Source: an uncultured Bifidobacterium sp. (lineage in GTDB: Bacteria; Actinomycetota; Actinomycetes; S36-B12; UBA5976). From it: a DNA stretch of 51,342 bases. Where the stretch lies: positions 1 to 51,342 of the forward strand of contig CAZZKM010000004.1 in NCBI GenBank assembly GCA_964655115.1, read 5' to 3'. Below are positions 29,425-41,363 of this stretch, piece by piece. How positions within the stretch are numbered: position 1 is the first letter of the stretch; each line of letters begins with the position of its first letter. The notes beneath the pieces are model-generated. The model did no database searches, was not told the DNA's origin, and saw nothing but the letters and a program-made list of their open reading frames with translations. The translations under genes and the position numbers were made by a program.

Positions 29425-32400
29425 TTATCTTTGATTAGCGCCTTGATCGTAATCTTCTAGAGGAACAGCTTGTCCTCCACCTGCACCAAAGGATGTGTAA
29501 TCAATGTCATCATATGAAGACATTGAGGCATACATTGCTTGTTTTGCTTCTTCGGTTGGTTCAACACGAACGTGACGATATCTTGGTAAACCAGTTCCTG
29601 CTGGAATTAATTTACCGATAATTACGTTTTCTTTTAGTCCTAGCAATGAATCAGATTTTTCATTGATTGCAGCATCTGTAAGAACTCTGGTGGTTTCTTG
29701 GAATGATGCAGCAGATAACCATGATTCAGTTGCAAGTGAAGCTTTAGTGATACCCATAAGTTCTGGACGACCAGATCCTGGTTTCTTACCTTCAGAAACA
29801 GTTTTTCTGTTTTCGCCTTCAAAAATTATGCGATCAACTAATTCACCAGGTAACAGATTTGCATCTCCTGATTCAATAATTGTCACTCTTCTTAACATTT
29901 GTCGAACAATTACTTCAATATGTTTATCGTGAATTGATACACCTTGGGAACGATAAACTTCTTGAACTGCGTTAACTAAATGTATTTGAACTTCTCTAGG
30001 TCCTAAAACTCTCAAAACTTGTTTTGGATCAACAGCACCAACTACAAGTTGTTGACCAACTTCAATTGCTTGACCATCTTCAACAATCAAACGTGTTCTC
30101 TTAGAAACAGGATAAGAAACTTCACTTGATCCATCATTTGGAATCACAACGATTTTTCTCATCTTTTCAGTTTCTTCAATGCGAATTCTTCCTGCTACTT
30201 CGCTAATTGGAGCAACACCTTTTGGAGTTCTTGCTTCAAATAACTCAACAACACGTGGTAGACCGTGAGTAATATCAGCACCTGCCACACCACCAGTGTG
30301 GAAAGTTCTCATTGTTAACTGAGTACCTGGTTCACCAATTGATTGCGCAGCGATAATTCCTACAGCTTCGCCCACATCAACAAGTTTTCCTGTTGCCATT
30401 GATCTTCCATAACATTTAGCGCATGTGCCAAGTTTGGATTCACAAGTTAATACTGATCTAACTTTGATATCAGTTACTCCATCTTCAATAAGTTCAGTTA
30501 TTAAACTCATTGATAATTCATCATCTCGATGAGCAAGTGTCTCTTGGTTTAATTTGACATCATCAGCTAAAACTCTTGATGCAACTGAAGTGTCAACAAA
30601 TTCAACTGGACGAACTTTTCCATCTTGTCCAACTTCGCCAATTACAACTTTTAGACCACGATCTGTTTCGCAATCTTCTTCACGAATAATTACATCTTGT
30701 GCCACGTCAACTAAACGACGAGTTAAATAACCAGAATCTGCAGTTCTTAATGCAGTATCTGCCAAACCTTTTCTGGCACCGTGTGTGGAAATGAAGTATT
30801 CCAACACTGATAATCCTTCACGGAAGTTTGACTTAATTGGTCGAGGAATGATTTCACCTTTTGGATTAGACACAAGACCGCGCATACCTGCAAGCTGTCT
30901 AATTTGCATCATGTTTCCACGAGCACCTGAGTGAGCCATCATCCAAACTGGATTTGAAATTGGGAAATTCTTTTCCATAGCTTCTGCAATTTCTGCAGTA
31001 ACTTTGGTCCAGATATCAATTAACTCTTGACGTCTTTCAGCATCTGAAATCATGCCTCGTTCAAAATTCTTTTGAACTTTAGCTGCTGTTTCTTCAGCTT
31101 TCTTCAACAAAGTATCTTTTGTTGGTGGTTCCACAACGTCATCAATAGAAATTGTGACACCAGATCTAGTAGCCCATCTAAAGCCAAGTTCTTTCAACAA
31201 ATCAAGAATTTGAGCAACTTGGATCTTTGGATATTTTTCTGTCAAATCATTAATAATTTGACCAAGACGTTTTTTATCAACTACAGAATTAATAAATGGA
31301 TAATTGTCAGGCAAGGCTTCGTTAAATAAAGCACGACCTAACGTGGTTTTGATAATTAAAGGTTTACCAAATGACCAACCTTTAGGTGTGTCATGTTCAT
31401 GTGGTGGATAAACATTCTTTAATCTAATTGTGATTTCTGCTTGAAGATCTAATTCATGTCTGTCAAAAGCCATTAATGCTTCTGCAACGGATGAAAATAT
31501 TCTTCCTTCACCCTTAACTTTTTCAGTTTGCAAGGTTAAGTAGTAAATTCCCAAAACCATATCTTGAGTTGGAGTGGTAATTGGTTTTCCAGAAGCAGGA
31601 GACAAAATATTGTTTGAAGAAAGCATCAAAATGCGTGCTTCTGCTTGAGCTTCTGCAGAAAGTGGTACGTGCACAGCCATTTGATCACCATCAAAGTCTG
31701 CGTTAAATGCAGTACAAACCAATGGGTGAATTTGAATTGCTTTTCCTTCAATCAATAAAGGTTCGAAAGCTTGAATACCTAATCTGTGCAAAGTTGGAGC
31801 ACGGTTTAGTAATACTGGATGTTCGGTAATTACTTCTTCCAAAACATCCCAAACTACTGGACGTGATCTTTCCACCATTCTTTTAGCAGATTTAATATTT
31901 TGAGCATGGTTTAAATCAACAAGTCTCTTCATAACAAATGGTTTGAAAAGTTCTAGTGCCATTTGTTTTGGCAAACCGCATTGATGAAGTTTTAATTGTG
32001 GACCAACCACAATTACGGAACGACCTGAATAATCAACACGTTTTCCAAGTAAGTTTTGACGGAAACGTCCTTGCTTACCTTTCAACATGTCTGACAAAGA
32101 TTTCAATGGTCTATTTCCTGGACCTGTTACTGGACGTCCACGACGACCGTTATCAAACAAAGCATCGACTGCTTCTTGCAACATTCTTCGTTCGTTATTA
32201 ACAATGATTTCTGGTGCGCCTAGATCTAACAATCTCTTTAAACGATTATTTCTATTAATTACACGACGATACAAATCATTTAAATCACTTGTGGCAAATC
32301 TGCCACCATCTAATTGCACCATTGGGCGTAAATCTGGTGGAATAACTGGAATAGCATCTAGCACCATTGAGGCTGGTGAATTTCTATTTGCATCAAAAGC

Positions 32401-33300
32401 ATTAATTACTTTTAATCTCTTTAATGCTCTGGTCTTTTTTTGACCTTTTCCAGAATTTGCGATTTCTTTTAAGGCTGCTTTTTCTTGGTCTAAATCAAAA
32501 GTTTCTAGGCGACGCTTGATTGCAGCAGCACCCATACCACCTGTGAAATAACGACCATATCTATCGCGCATTTCGCGGTATAAAACTTCATCGCCTTCTA
32601 AATCCTGAACTTTTAGGTTTCTAAAACGATCAAAAACAAGAGCTAAACGATCAATTTCTGCATCTGATTTTTTACGAATTGAGTTCATTTCGCGTTCTGC
32701 AGCTTCACGAACTTTACGTTTTTGATCAGACTTAGCACCGTCTTTTTCTAATACTTTTAAGTCTTCTTCTAATTTTTTATTTCTAGCATTTATATCTGCA
32801 TCTCTTCTTGAAGAAATCTTTTTCTTTTCAGATTCAAGTTTTGCTTCCAACGATGGAAGATCTTCATGTCTTGCATCAACATCGACATCGGTGATCATGT
32901 AGGCAGCAAAATAAATAACTTTTTCTAAATCTTTTGGTGCAAGATCTAATAGATATCCCAAACGAGAAGGCACACCTTTGAAATACCAAATGTGAGTCAC
33001 TGGTGCTGATAATTCAATGTGGCCCATTCTTTCGCGACGCACTTTTGCACGTGTTACTTCAACACCGCAACGTTCGCAAATGATGCCTTTGAATCGAACA
33101 CGTTTGTACTTACCGCAATAGCATTCCCAATCTCTGGTTGGACCAAAGATTTTTTCGCAGAACAAACCATCTTTTTCAGGTTTTAATGTTCTGTAATTAA
33201 TAGTTTCTGGTTTCTTAACTTCTCCATGAGACCAGCTACGAATATCGGTTGCAGAAGCTAGGCCGATACGCAATTCGTCAAAGTTATTTACATCTAACAC
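29425..33300 (-). CDS. rpoC: DNA-directed RNA polymerase subunit beta'
   Basis: CYCGKYKR zinc finger, catalytic [22 protein letters not shown]. Confidence 0.99.
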   Translation of the reverse strand: MLDVNNFDELRIGLASATDIRSWSHGEVKKPETINYRTLKPEKDGLFCEKIFGPTRDWECYCGKYKRVRFKGIICERCGVEVTRAKVRRERMGHIELSAPVTHIWYFKGVPSRLGYLLDLAPKDLEKVIYFAAYMITDVDVDARHEDLPSLEAKLESEKKKISSRRDADINARNKKLEEDLKVLEKDGAKSDQKRKVREAAEREMNSIRKKSDAEIDRLALVFDRFRNLKVQDLEGDEVLYREMRDRYGRYFTGGMGAAAIKRRLETFDLDQEKAALKEIANSGKGQKKTRALKRLKVINAFDANRNSPASMVLDAIPVIPPDLRPMVQLDGGRFATSDLNDLYRRVINRNNRLKRLLDLGAPEIIVNNERRMLQEAVDALFDNGRRGRPVTGPGNRPLKSLSDMLKGKQGRFRQNLLGKRVDYSGRSVIVVGPQLKLHQCGLPKQMALELFKPFVMKRLVDLNHAQNIKSAKRMVERSRPVVWDVLEEVITEHPVLLNRAPTLHRLGIQAFEPLLIEGKAIQIHPLVCTAFNADFDGDQMAVHVPLSAEAQAEARILMLSSNNILSPASGKPITTPTQDMVLGIYYLTLQTEKVKGEGRIFSSVAEALMAFDRHELDLQAEITIRLKNVYPPHEHDTPKGWSFGKPLIIKTTLGRALFNEALPDNYPFINSVVDKKRLGQIINDLTEKYPKIQVAQILDLLKELGFRWATRSGVTISIDDVVEPPTKDTLLKKAEETAAKVQKNFERGMISDAERRQELIDIWTKVTAEIAEAMEKNFPISNPVWMMAHSGARGNMMQIRQLAGMRGLVSNPKGEIIPRPIKSNFREGLSVLEYFISTHGARKGLADTALRTADSGYLTRRLVDVAQDVIIREEDCETDRGLKVVIGEVGQDGKVRPVEFVDTSVASRVLADDVKLNQETLAHRDDELSMSLITELIEDGVTDIKVRSVLTCESKLGTCAKCYGRSMATGKLVDVGEAVGIIAAQSIGEPGTQLTMRTFHTGGVAGADITHGLPRVVELFEARTPKGVAPISEVAGRIRIEETEKMRKIVVIPNDGSSEVSYPVSKRTRLIVEDGQAIEVGQQLVVGAVDPKQVLRVLGPREVQIHLVNAVQEVYRSQGVSIHDKHIEVIVRQMLRRVTIIESGDANLLPGELVDRIIFEGENRKTVSEGKKPGSGRPELMGITKASLATESWLSAASFQETTRVLTDAAINEKSDSLLGLKENVIIGKLIPAGTGLPRYRHVRVEPTEEAKQAMYASMSSYDDIDYTSFGAGGGQAVPLEDYDQGANQR

Positions 33301-33329
33301 TTTTTCTTATCCGTCCTTTTCCTAGTTTC

Positions 33330-36300
33330 TTAAACTTCTTCTACTGAACTTGGTTCTCTTCTTGATAAATCAATGCCAAGTTCTTCAGCGGTGCGGAATA
33401 CATCTTCATCTGTATCGCGCATTTCAATTGCTTGTCCATCACCGGAAAGAACTTCCACATTTAATCCAAGTGATTGCATTTCTTTTACTAATACTTTGAA
33501 GGATTCTGGAATTCCAGGTTCTGGAATATTTTCACCCTTCACAATTGCTTCATAAACTTTTACACGACCTAATACGTCATCAGATTTAATAGTGAGAAGT
33601 TCTTGTAACGCATAAGCAGCACCGTATGCTTCCAATGCCCAAACTTCCATTTCACCAAATCTTTGACCACCAAATTGTGCTTTTCCACCTAGTGGTTGTT
33701 GAGTAATCATTGAGTATGGACCAGTTGAACGAGCGTGGATCTTGTCGTCAACTAAGTGCAAGAGTTTCAAAATGTATGAGTAACCAACTGCGATTGGCAT
33801 TGGGAATGGTTCGCCACTTCGACCATCAAACAATCTAGCTTTTCCATTTGGACCAATTAAGCGATCACCATTTGAGGAAGGCAATGTTGCTGTCATCAAA
33901 CCAGTGATTTCATCTTCTCTAGCGCCATCAAAAACAGGGGTGGCAAGTTTTGTATTTGCTGGAACTGATTTCATATTGTCTGGAATATTTTCTGCCCACT
34001 TTGGACTTCCTTCAATTTTCCAACCAGCTTTTGCAAGCCAACCCAAATGAAATTCCAAAACTTGTCCAAGGTTCATACGCCCTGGTACACCGAGTGGATT
34101 TAACACAATGTCAACTGGAGTTCCATCTTCCAAAAATGGCATATCTTCAACTGGAAGAATTTTTGCAATAACACCTTTGTTTCCGTGGCGTCCTGCTAAT
34201 TTATCTCCAGCAGTAATTTTTCTTTTTTGTGCGATGTAAACACGAACTAATTGGTTAACACCAGGTCCTAGTTCATCATCGTGTTCTTTATCAAAAACTT
34301 TGATATCAATAACAGTTCCAGATTCTCCATGTGGAACTTTTAGAGATGTATCTCTTACTTCACGAGCTTTTTCACCAAAGATTGCTCTTAACAATCTTTC
34401 TTCAGGTGTTAATTCTGTTTCACCTTTTGGGGTAACTTTTCCAACCAAAATATCTCCAGGCACAACTTCTGCACCGATTCGAATGATGCCTCGTTCATCT
34501 AAGTCAGCTAAAACTTCTTCAGAAACGTTTGGCAAATCTCTGGTAATTTCTTCAGCACCTAGTTTGGTATCGCGAGCATCGATTTCATGTTCTTCAATAT
34601 GAATTGAAGTCAACACATCATCTTGCACAAGTCTTTGGCTTAAAATAATTGCGTCTTCGTAGTTATGACCTTCCCAAGGCATATATGCCACAAGGAGGTT
34701 TTTACCCAAAGCCATTTCACCAGCATCAGTACATGGACCATCAGCCAAAACTTGTCCGGCTTTAACTTTTTCGCCTTCTTTAACGATTGGTTTTTGGTTA
34801 TAGGCAGTTCCTTGGTTTGATCTGCGGAATTTTTGTACTTTATAAGTTGTTGATGAACCATCTTCATTATTTACATCAATGGTGTCTGCGCTTACTTCTG
34901 TAACTACACCTGCTTTTTCTGAAACCACAACATCGCCTGCATCTACTGCTGCGCGATATTCCATACCAGTTCCAACAAGAGGAGCTTCAGTTCTAATTAG
35001 TGGTACAGATTGACGTTGCATGTTTGCACCCATCAACGCACGGTTTGCATCATCGTGTTCTAAGAATGGAATCATTGCTGTTGCAACTGACCAAACTTGA
35101 CGTGGAGAAACATCCATGAAGTCAACTTCTTCAGGCAAAATGAAATCTACTTCGCCACCTTTACGTCTAACTAAAACGCGATCTTCAGCAAATGTGCCGT
35201 CATCATTTAATGGTGTATTTGCTTGAGCAATAACGTGACGATCTTCTTCATCAGCTGTTAAGTAAGAAATTTGGTTGGTAACTTTTCCTTTATTTACTTT
35301 TCGGTAAGGAGTTTCAATAAATCCAAATTCATTTACGCGAGCAAATGAAGAAAGGGAGCCAATCAAACCAATGTTTGGACCTTCTGGAGTTTCAATTGGA
35401 CACATACGTCCGTAATGAGATGGATGCACGTCACGAACTTCGAAACCTGCACGTTCTCTCGAAAGTCCACCAGGACCAAGTGCAGATAGACGACGTTTGT
35501 GAGTTAAACCTGCTAGTGGATTTGTTTGATCCATAAATTGTGACAATTGGCTGGTACCAAAGAATTCTTTGATAGAAGCTACAACTGGTCGAATGTTAAT
35601 TAATGTTTGAGGAGTGATTGCTTCAACATCTTGAGTTGTCATTCTTTCTCTAACAACTCTTTCCATACGAGATAGACCGGTACGGATTTGATTTTGAATT
35701 AATTCTCCAACTGTTCTTAATCTTCTATTTCCAAAATGATCGATGTCATCAATTTCAACAACAGTTTTACCTCTGGCTTTATTTAATTCTTCAACTCCTG
35801 CATTTAATGCGGCAATATATTCAACGGTGTCACATATATCATCAAGAGTTAATGTGGTTTGTTGTAATGGAAGTTGTGAACCAAGTTTTCTTCCAACTTT
35901 GTAACGACCAACTTTTGCCAAATCATAACGTTTAGCATTGAAATAATAATTGTCCAAAAGGTTTCTTCCACCTTCAACTGTTGGTGGTTCACCTGGTCTC
36001 ATCTTGCGATAAATATCAACTAGAGCTTCTTCTTGAGTTTGTACTGTATCTTTTGCAAGTGTGTCTAACACGGCAGGATATTTTTCAAATCTTTTTGCAA
36101 TTTGTTCACTAGTCATACCTAGTGCTTTTAATAAAACTGTAGCTGATTGTTTACGTTTGCGATCTAAACGAACGCCAATTAATTCTTTTTTATCAACTTC
36201 AAATTCCAACCAGGCACCACGACTTGGAATAATTTTTGAATTAAATAATTCTTTGTCAGTTGTTTTGTCTCTTGATTTTTCAAAATAAACTCCAGGAGAT

Positions 36301-36782
36301 CTAACTAATTGTGAGACGACAACACGTTCAGTTCCATTGATAATGAAAGTACCTTTATTAGTCATGATTGGGAAATCACCCATGAAAACTGTTTGAGATT
36401 TAATTTCACCAGTTTCATTATTCATAAATTCTGCAGTTACGAATAATGGTTGGGAATAAGTTACGTCTTTATCTCTACATTGTTCAACTGTATATTTTGG
36501 TGGTTCAAATCTGTGATCTCTAAAAGATAGAGACATTGAACCTGCAAGATCTTCAATAGGAGAAATTTCTTCAAATATTTCAGTTAATCCAGAAGTTGTT
36601 GGTACATCAGTTCTTCCTGCATCTAATGCAGTCTTAACTCTTTGTTGCCACTTTTCATTTCCCATCAACCAATCGAATGATTCGATTTGGAGGTCCAACA
36701 GATTTGGAACTTCTAACGGTTCTTTAATTTTTGCAAATGATAATCTCTGATTTTTTCCTGAAGCTTTGGCTGCAGATGCCAA
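33330..36782 (-). CDS. rpoB: DNA-directed RNA polymerase subunit beta
   Basis: [54 protein letters not shown] start. Confidence 0.99.
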   Translation of the reverse strand: MASAAKASGKNQRLSFAKIKEPLEVPNLLDLQIESFDWLMGNEKWQQRVKTALDAGRTDVPTTSGLTEIFEEISPIEDLAGSMSLSFRDHRFEPPKYTVEQCRDKDVTYSQPLFVTAEFMNNETGEIKSQTVFMGDFPIMTNKGTFIINGTERVVVSQLVRSPGVYFEKSRDKTTDKELFNSKIIPSRGAWLEFEVDKKELIGVRLDRKRKQSATVLLKALGMTSEQIAKRFEKYPAVLDTLAKDTVQTQEEALVDIYRKMRPGEPPTVEGGRNLLDNYYFNAKRYDLAKVGRYKVGRKLGSQLPLQQTTLTLDDICDTVEYIAALNAGVEELNKARGKTVVEIDDIDHFGNRRLRTVGELIQNQIRTGLSRMERVVRERMTTQDVEAITPQTLINIRPVVASIKEFFGTSQLSQFMDQTNPLAGLTHKRRLSALGPGGLSRERAGFEVRDVHPSHYGRMCPIETPEGPNIGLIGSLSSFARVNEFGFIETPYRKVNKGKVTNQISYLTADEEDRHVIAQANTPLNDDGTFAEDRVLVRRKGGEVDFILPEEVDFMDVSPRQVWSVATAMIPFLEHDDANRALMGANMQRQSVPLIRTEAPLVGTGMEYRAAVDAGDVVVSEKAGVVTEVSADTIDVNNEDGSSTTYKVQKFRRSNQGTAYNQKPIVKEGEKVKAGQVLADGPCTDAGEMALGKNLLVAYMPWEGHNYEDAIILSQRLVQDDVLTSIHIEEHEIDARDTKLGAEEITRDLPNVSEEVLADLDERGIIRIGAEVVPGDILVGKVTPKGETELTPEERLLRAIFGEKAREVRDTSLKVPHGESGTVIDIKVFDKEHDDELGPGVNQLVRVYIAQKRKITAGDKLAGRHGNKGVIAKILPVEDMPFLEDGTPVDIVLNPLGVPGRMNLGQVLEFHLGWLAKAGWKIEGSPKWAENIPDNMKSVPANTKLATPVFDGAREDEITGLMTATLPSSNGDRLIGPNGKARLFDGRSGEPFPMPIAVGYSYILKLLHLVDDKIHARSTGPYSMITQQPLGGKAQFGGQRFGEMEVWALEAYGAAYALQELLTIKSDDVLGRVKVYEAIVKGENIPEPGIPESFKVLVKEMQSLGLNVEVLSGDGQAIEMRDTDEDVFRTAEELGIDLSRREPSSVEEV

Positions 36783-36844
36783 TTGGCGTCCTTTCGTCTA
36801 AAGAACACTAAAACTTAAAAAACTTTTGGTCGCAAAACAAAACG

Positions 36845-36858
36845 AGCCCTTGCGGGCT
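36845..36858 (-). promoter_or_regulatory. GNRA-capped hairpin followed by a U-rich tract in the rpoB leader
   Basis: Minus strand AGCCC-GCAA-GGGCT then CGTTTTGTTTTG, about 60 nt upstream of the rpoB start. Confidence 0.5.
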
Positions 36859-36987
36859 TTGGTTTTATGGATGCAAAATAAAAGCATACCTTTTGGGTGC
36901 TGCCTTGTAACACCCACCTACCCTTTTCGTCAAGTTTGTGAGAGGCGTGGGGCAAATTGTTATCGTGCCGAGACCAATAGCCCCAGG

Positions 36988-38559
36988 TCAGGCAAAAGGG
37001 TCACTGACCCGCCAGATGATGTTTCGATCTTCTTTATTGCCATGTCTTGCTAAAACTGGGTTGAAGTCATCTCGTCTTTGCCAATCATTTAGAGCTAAAG
37101 ATCTAGATATACCTGCCATAGTTTTGTAATCAAGTTCTTTATTTTTCCAATCCAATACTCCAGCATGATCAATCACTGTTGAAGCAATTGCAATCTGACC
37201 TTCCTCTTTTACAAATTCTAAAATTCTTGATTGTTGTGGCCAATCGATATGTGAAGCTGTAGTTAATTCCAGAAATGTTGATCCATCACTTCTGGTGTGA
37301 ATTCCTGAAGCGTGACGATGAACGTGACCTGCTATCCAAGTAATTAAGTTTTTATGTTTATAAAGTTCTTCTAATAATTCATCTTTTAAAATTCTTCTAG
37401 GTTTACCATTTGGAGCATAGCCATTAATTAATGTTGGCGATGGGTGATGAGATAAAAGTATGCAGTATTTATTTTCTACTTCCGTTAATTTTTCTTTTAT
37501 CCAAGAAAGTTGTAATTCGTCAATTGATCCTTGCCAACCTCCAAATGGATTTACGGTATCCATTGAAATTAATCGAACATTTTCTAAATCTTTAAACCAA
37601 TACGCAGTATTATTTAGAACATTTTCATTTGTAAATCCATGACCATCTGGATTGCCACCAAGATCTAAATGTGTTTTAGCAAAAGTTCCTGGAGTGTTAA
37701 ATGCTCTATCTTGATCAGGAGTGATTTTTACTCTGGGTGATTCTTTAGTATGTGGATATTTAACTGGACCAATTTCAGCAACTGCAGGAATTATTACTTC
37801 TGGAGATTTAAAATTTTCAGGAAGTCCAACAATTCTTTCGTTACCGATTGTTAATTTATTTAAATCCTCATCCGGGGCAACTGTTCCTTGTAATAATTGA
37901 TCATGATTTCCATATGTTGCAAACCAAGGAAATTTTAAACCATTTGATTTAAATTCACTTCGTGCTTTTTCTACCAAGCCTTTGATTATTGGAAAACCAA
38001 ATTTTGCAATCGGTCTATCTAATTCTTGACCACTTGGAGCACCGTCTGGATGCCAATAACAAATATCGTAATCAACATTTAATGATCCGACCCATTCCGA
38101 TTTTTCTTTGTTTCCAGAAACTGGATTTACCAGACCTCCATTTAAGGTATTGATATACCAATTTGCTTCATTTTTTTGAGCATTATCAGTCATATCTCCT
38201 GTCACCACTACTGCTTCAATTTTTGAATTTGTGACAGGACCTTTTTCTAATTCATTTACTGCATCAACCATTGAAGCTAAAACTTGCGTAGTCAAAATTT
38301 CTTGAGCGCGATATGTGCCGATGTAGCCCACCACATCTCGCATCGGATTATCCGGATCGGAATATCTATCTAAATATTCAATTCGTGATGGAGACTCAGC
38401 ATCACAAACATGTAAATCTGAAAAATGACCTAAGACAGTTAAAACTTTTCCTGTAGGTAAATCATTGATGTGTGATTCGCCAGGATTTTCAACTAATTCT
38501 TTCCAACCTAATTCATTAGCTTTAGTTGGAGCAATTGTTACTTTGTCAGTTCTTGACAC
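36988..38559 (-). CDS. Calcineurin-like metallophosphoesterase (actinobacterial TIGR03767/PPA1498-like family), no signal peptide
   Basis: HFSDLHVCDAESPSR, VTGDMTDNAQ, YGNHD, LLSHH, AGHVH, TASHIDWPQQSRILE. Confidence 0.85.
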   Translation of the reverse strand: MSRTDKVTIAPTKANELGWKELVENPGESHINDLPTGKVLTVLGHFSDLHVCDAESPSRIEYLDRYSDPDNPMRDVVGYIGTYRAQEILTTQVLASMVDAVNELEKGPVTNSKIEAVVVTGDMTDNAQKNEANWYINTLNGGLVNPVSGNKEKSEWVGSLNVDYDICYWHPDGAPSGQELDRPIAKFGFPIIKGLVEKARSEFKSNGLKFPWFATYGNHDQLLQGTVAPDEDLNKLTIGNERIVGLPENFKSPEVIIPAVAEIGPVKYPHTKESPRVKITPDQDRAFNTPGTFAKTHLDLGGNPDGHGFTNENVLNNTAYWFKDLENVRLISMDTVNPFGGWQGSIDELQLSWIKEKLTEVENKYCILLSHHPSPTLINGYAPNGKPRRILKDELLEELYKHKNLITWIAGHVHRHASGIHTRSDGSTFLELTTASHIDWPQQSRILEFVKEEGQIAIASTVIDHAGVLDWKNKELDYKTMAGISRSLALNDWQRRDDFNPVLARHGNKEDRNIIWRVSDPFA

Positions 38560-39610
38560 GGTAATCAGTTAGAAGTGTTTGTGCAACAATTTTTAAATCC
38601 ACCAAAGTTCCTGGTGCAAATGGACCTGCTTCAGAACTTGGCAAATCAACATGAATATTTGTTTTTGTTTCACTTGTCACAATTGTTAAACGAGTTTGTG
38701 GGCCTAAGAAAGATCTTGCTAAAACTGAGCCAGTTTTAGCACCACTTGATTTGGACAGACTTACTTCAATTGATTCTGGTCTAATCAAAGCAACTAAATC
38801 TGAACCTGATGCTCCACCACCATGAGCAATACTTTGTCCTAATGTGTGCACTTTGTTTGCATCTAATTTGGCAGGTAGTCGATTCATTGCTCCAACAAAG
38901 GATGCGACGAAAGCACTTGTTGGACTTGAATAAACAATGTTTGGTCTATCAATTTGTTCTAATTTTCCATTTGACATAACACCTACACGATCAGCCATTG
39001 CCATTGCTTCTTCTTGATCGTGAGTAACAAACAATGTAGTTGTACCAACTTCAATTTGAATTCTTCTAATTTCATCTCTTAATTGAGTTCTAACTTTGGC
39101 ATCAAGTGCTGATAGTGGTTCATCTAATAGAAGTACTTTTGGTTCAATTGCTAAAGCTCTAGCCAATGCAACTCTTTGTTGCTGCCCACCTGACATTTGG
39201 TGTGAAAATCTATTTGCTTGTGAGGACAATCCAACAAGTTCTAGAAGTTCGTTGGCTTTTTTCAAACGAGTGTTGGAATCTTGACCTCTGACTTTTAATC
39301 CAAATGCCACATTTTCGATTGCAGTTAAATTTGGAAATAATGAATAAGCTTGGAAAACCATGCCCATCTCTCGTTTATTTGCTGGCAGGCTAGTTATATC
39401 TTTTCCATCTACATAAATTTTTCCACCATCTGGCATATCTAAACCCGCTAGTAAACGAAGTGCAGTTGTTTTACCGCAACCAGAAGGTCCAAGTAGTGCA
39501 ACTAGTTCACCGGTTTGAATTTGTAAGTCAAATCCATCTAGGGCTTTAACTTCGCCAAAAAATCTTTGTAAACCTTGCATGTCTACATATTTGTTATTTG
39601 ACAATGACAT
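38546..39610 (-). CDS. ABC transporter ATP-binding subunit (PotA/FbpC-like)
   Basis: GPSGCGKTT, MSGGQQQRVALARAL, LLLDEPLSALD, VTHDQEEA, and a C-terminal TOBE-like region. Confidence 0.95.
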   Translation of the reverse strand: MSLSNNKYVDMQGLQRFFGEVKALDGFDLQIQTGELVALLGPSGCGKTTALRLLAGLDMPDGGKIYVDGKDITSLPANKREMGMVFQAYSLFPNLTAIENVAFGLKVRGQDSNTRLKKANELLELVGLSSQANRFSHQMSGGQQQRVALARALAIEPKVLLLDEPLSALDAKVRTQLRDEIRRIQIEVGTTTLFVTHDQEEAMAMADRVGVMSNGKLEQIDRPNIVYSSPTSAFVASFVGAMNRLPAKLDANKVHTLGQSIAHGGGASGSDLVALIRPESIEVSLSKSSGAKTGSVLARSFLGPQTRLTIVTSETKTNIHVDLPSSEAGPFAPGTLVDLKIVAQTLLTDYRVKN

Positions 39611-40417
39611 TTAGGAAACTCCTCCAATATCTATGCGAACTTTTCGCTTTCTATCAAAACTTGATAACAACATCAAAAGTAACCAAACAAAAACAAGACT
39701 CATAACACTTAGCGCTACAGCCCCTTCAGGATCTGCCATTCCAACTAGTGCCATCCAGACAGGAAGTGTTGACCAAAGTAAAAGATTTGAAATTACAAAT
39801 TCTCCTAATACAAGTGCAACTGCTAAGAACACTGCACCATAAATAGAACTTTTCACATTTGGTCCAATAATTGAAACTAACACTTGTCTCCAACTTGCAC
39901 CTAAACCTCGAGCTGCATCAACTAAAGTTTTAACATCGATTGCATTTAAACCATTATCTAAAGATCTGAAAACATAAGGAAGAGTTAAGACTGCATATGC
40001 AAAGACCAACATATAAATACTGTCCTTCATCCAAAGTGGCATTGAACCAAGAAATCCAAGTGCAATTACTACAGGCGGAATGATTAAGGGTAAGAGAGTA
40101 ATAAACTCGACAACTCGTTTTAATTTTTGAGCTCTAATATGAAGCCAGGTCACTGTTGGAAGCATTAACCCAATTGAAAGTATTACAGTAAATATTGCTA
40201 AGCGAGCAGAAATCCAAACTGCTTCTCCAAAACCTGGGTCGGAAAGCATTCTTTGGTACGCACCAAGGGTGTACGTGCCATCTCCTAGTTGAATTGAAAA
40301 TAAAAATGCTGAAAACATTGGAACAATAAAGAATAAAAATCCTGCAATTAACCAAGCGTTTAATCCAAGACCATTTTTTGGAGCAACTGTTGAAGTTCTA
40401 AAATTCTTCCTACTCAT
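39611..40417 (-). CDS. ABC transporter permease
   Basis: Six TM segments and EAA-loop variant LVDAARGLGAS. Confidence 0.92.
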   Translation of the reverse strand: MSRKNFRTSTVAPKNGLGLNAWLIAGFLFFIVPMFSAFLFSIQLGDGTYTLGAYQRMLSDPGFGEAVWISARLAIFTVILSIGLMLPTVTWLHIRAQKLKRVVEFITLLPLIIPPVVIALGFLGSMPLWMKDSIYMLVFAYAVLTLPYVFRSLDNGLNAIDVKTLVDAARGLGASWRQVLVSIIGPNVKSSIYGAVFLAVALVLGEFVISNLLLWSTLPVWMALVGMADPEGAVALSVMSLVFVWLLLMLLSSFDRKRKVRIDIGGVS

Positions 40418-41346
40418 CTTTTACGCCACCTTGATGCTTTTTTATCCAAATAGGTATACAAAGACATTGCAATGGCAACTACCACAATCATTTCAAATCC
40501 CATTGCGTATCCAACATTAGATTGATCAGCCACCACATCACCACTAACTAATGTTCCAACTTGCAAAGGTAACAAAGGTATGGTTCCTTGAGTGAGCACA
40601 TTTGCAGTTGCATAGGCGGCGAAAGCGCTAGCAAATAAAAGAAAAAAGGAACCTAAAACTGGTGGGAAAAGAATTGGGATTCCAATGTATCGCCAATAAG
40701 AAAACTTACTAGCTCCTAAATTTGAAGCTGCTTCTCTCCATTCATTTTTTATACCCTCCAGTGCGGGATAAACCACAATTATCATCAATGGAATTTGAAA
40801 ATATAAATAAACTAATACAAGCCCAGAAAAGCCAAACAAAGTAAAAGTTCCCGCATAAATATCAATACCAATTTTTTGTAAAGCAATTGTTACTAATCCA
40901 TAATTTCCAATTGCTGCAATAAAGAAAAAAGCTAATGGAACACCACCAGTATTTGCAAAAACTCCACTGGCTGTAGCCACGACTTTTTGAAGTCTTTTCA
41001 TTCCAGAAACAAAAACTGCATAGGCGATCATTAAACCAATGAAAACACCACTTACAGCAGATGCTAATCCTAATTTTAAAGAACTAATTAAACTTAAATA
41101 ATAAACATCAGTAAATGCAAGTTGCACATTTGAAAGAGTAAAATTTCCTTCATTTGTTTTAAATGCATTAAAAATAACAGCAAAAGTTGGTAACCCTATA
41201 AAAAGAATCGCAAATATAAAGAAAGGAAACAAACCGCTGTAATCAAATATGATTTTTTTAAATTTTGAATGCTGATCACGATAACGATAGTCGCCATCAT
41301 TATTCATGATGGCGACTTCGCTAAGTGACTGATTTGAGTCAGTCAT
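40414..41346 (-). CDS. ABC transporter permease
   Basis: TM segments and EAA loop WREAASNLGAS. Confidence 0.92.
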   Translation of the reverse strand: MTDSNQSLSEVAIMNNDGDYRYRDQHSKFKKIIFDYSGLFPFFIFAILFIGLPTFAVIFNAFKTNEGNFTLSNVQLAFTDVYYLSLISSLKLGLASAVSGVFIGLMIAYAVFVSGMKRLQKVVATASGVFANTGGVPLAFFFIAAIGNYGLVTIALQKIGIDIYAGTFTLFGFSGLVLVYLYFQIPLMIIVVYPALEGIKNEWREAASNLGASKFSYWRYIGIPILFPPVLGSFFLLFASAFAAYATANVLTQGTIPLLPLQVGTLVSGDVVADQSNVGYAMGFEMIVVVAIAMSLYTYLDKKASRWRKR

Positions 41347-41363
41347 TAATTATTTATCAACAA

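Noticed and set aside
35480-35560. RpoB rifampicin-resistance region differs from M. tuberculosis (DQTNPLAG vs DQNNPLSG)
   Set aside because: The key Asp, His and Ser are wild type, and the T/A variants are common in susceptible bacteria. RpsL Lys residues are also wild type.
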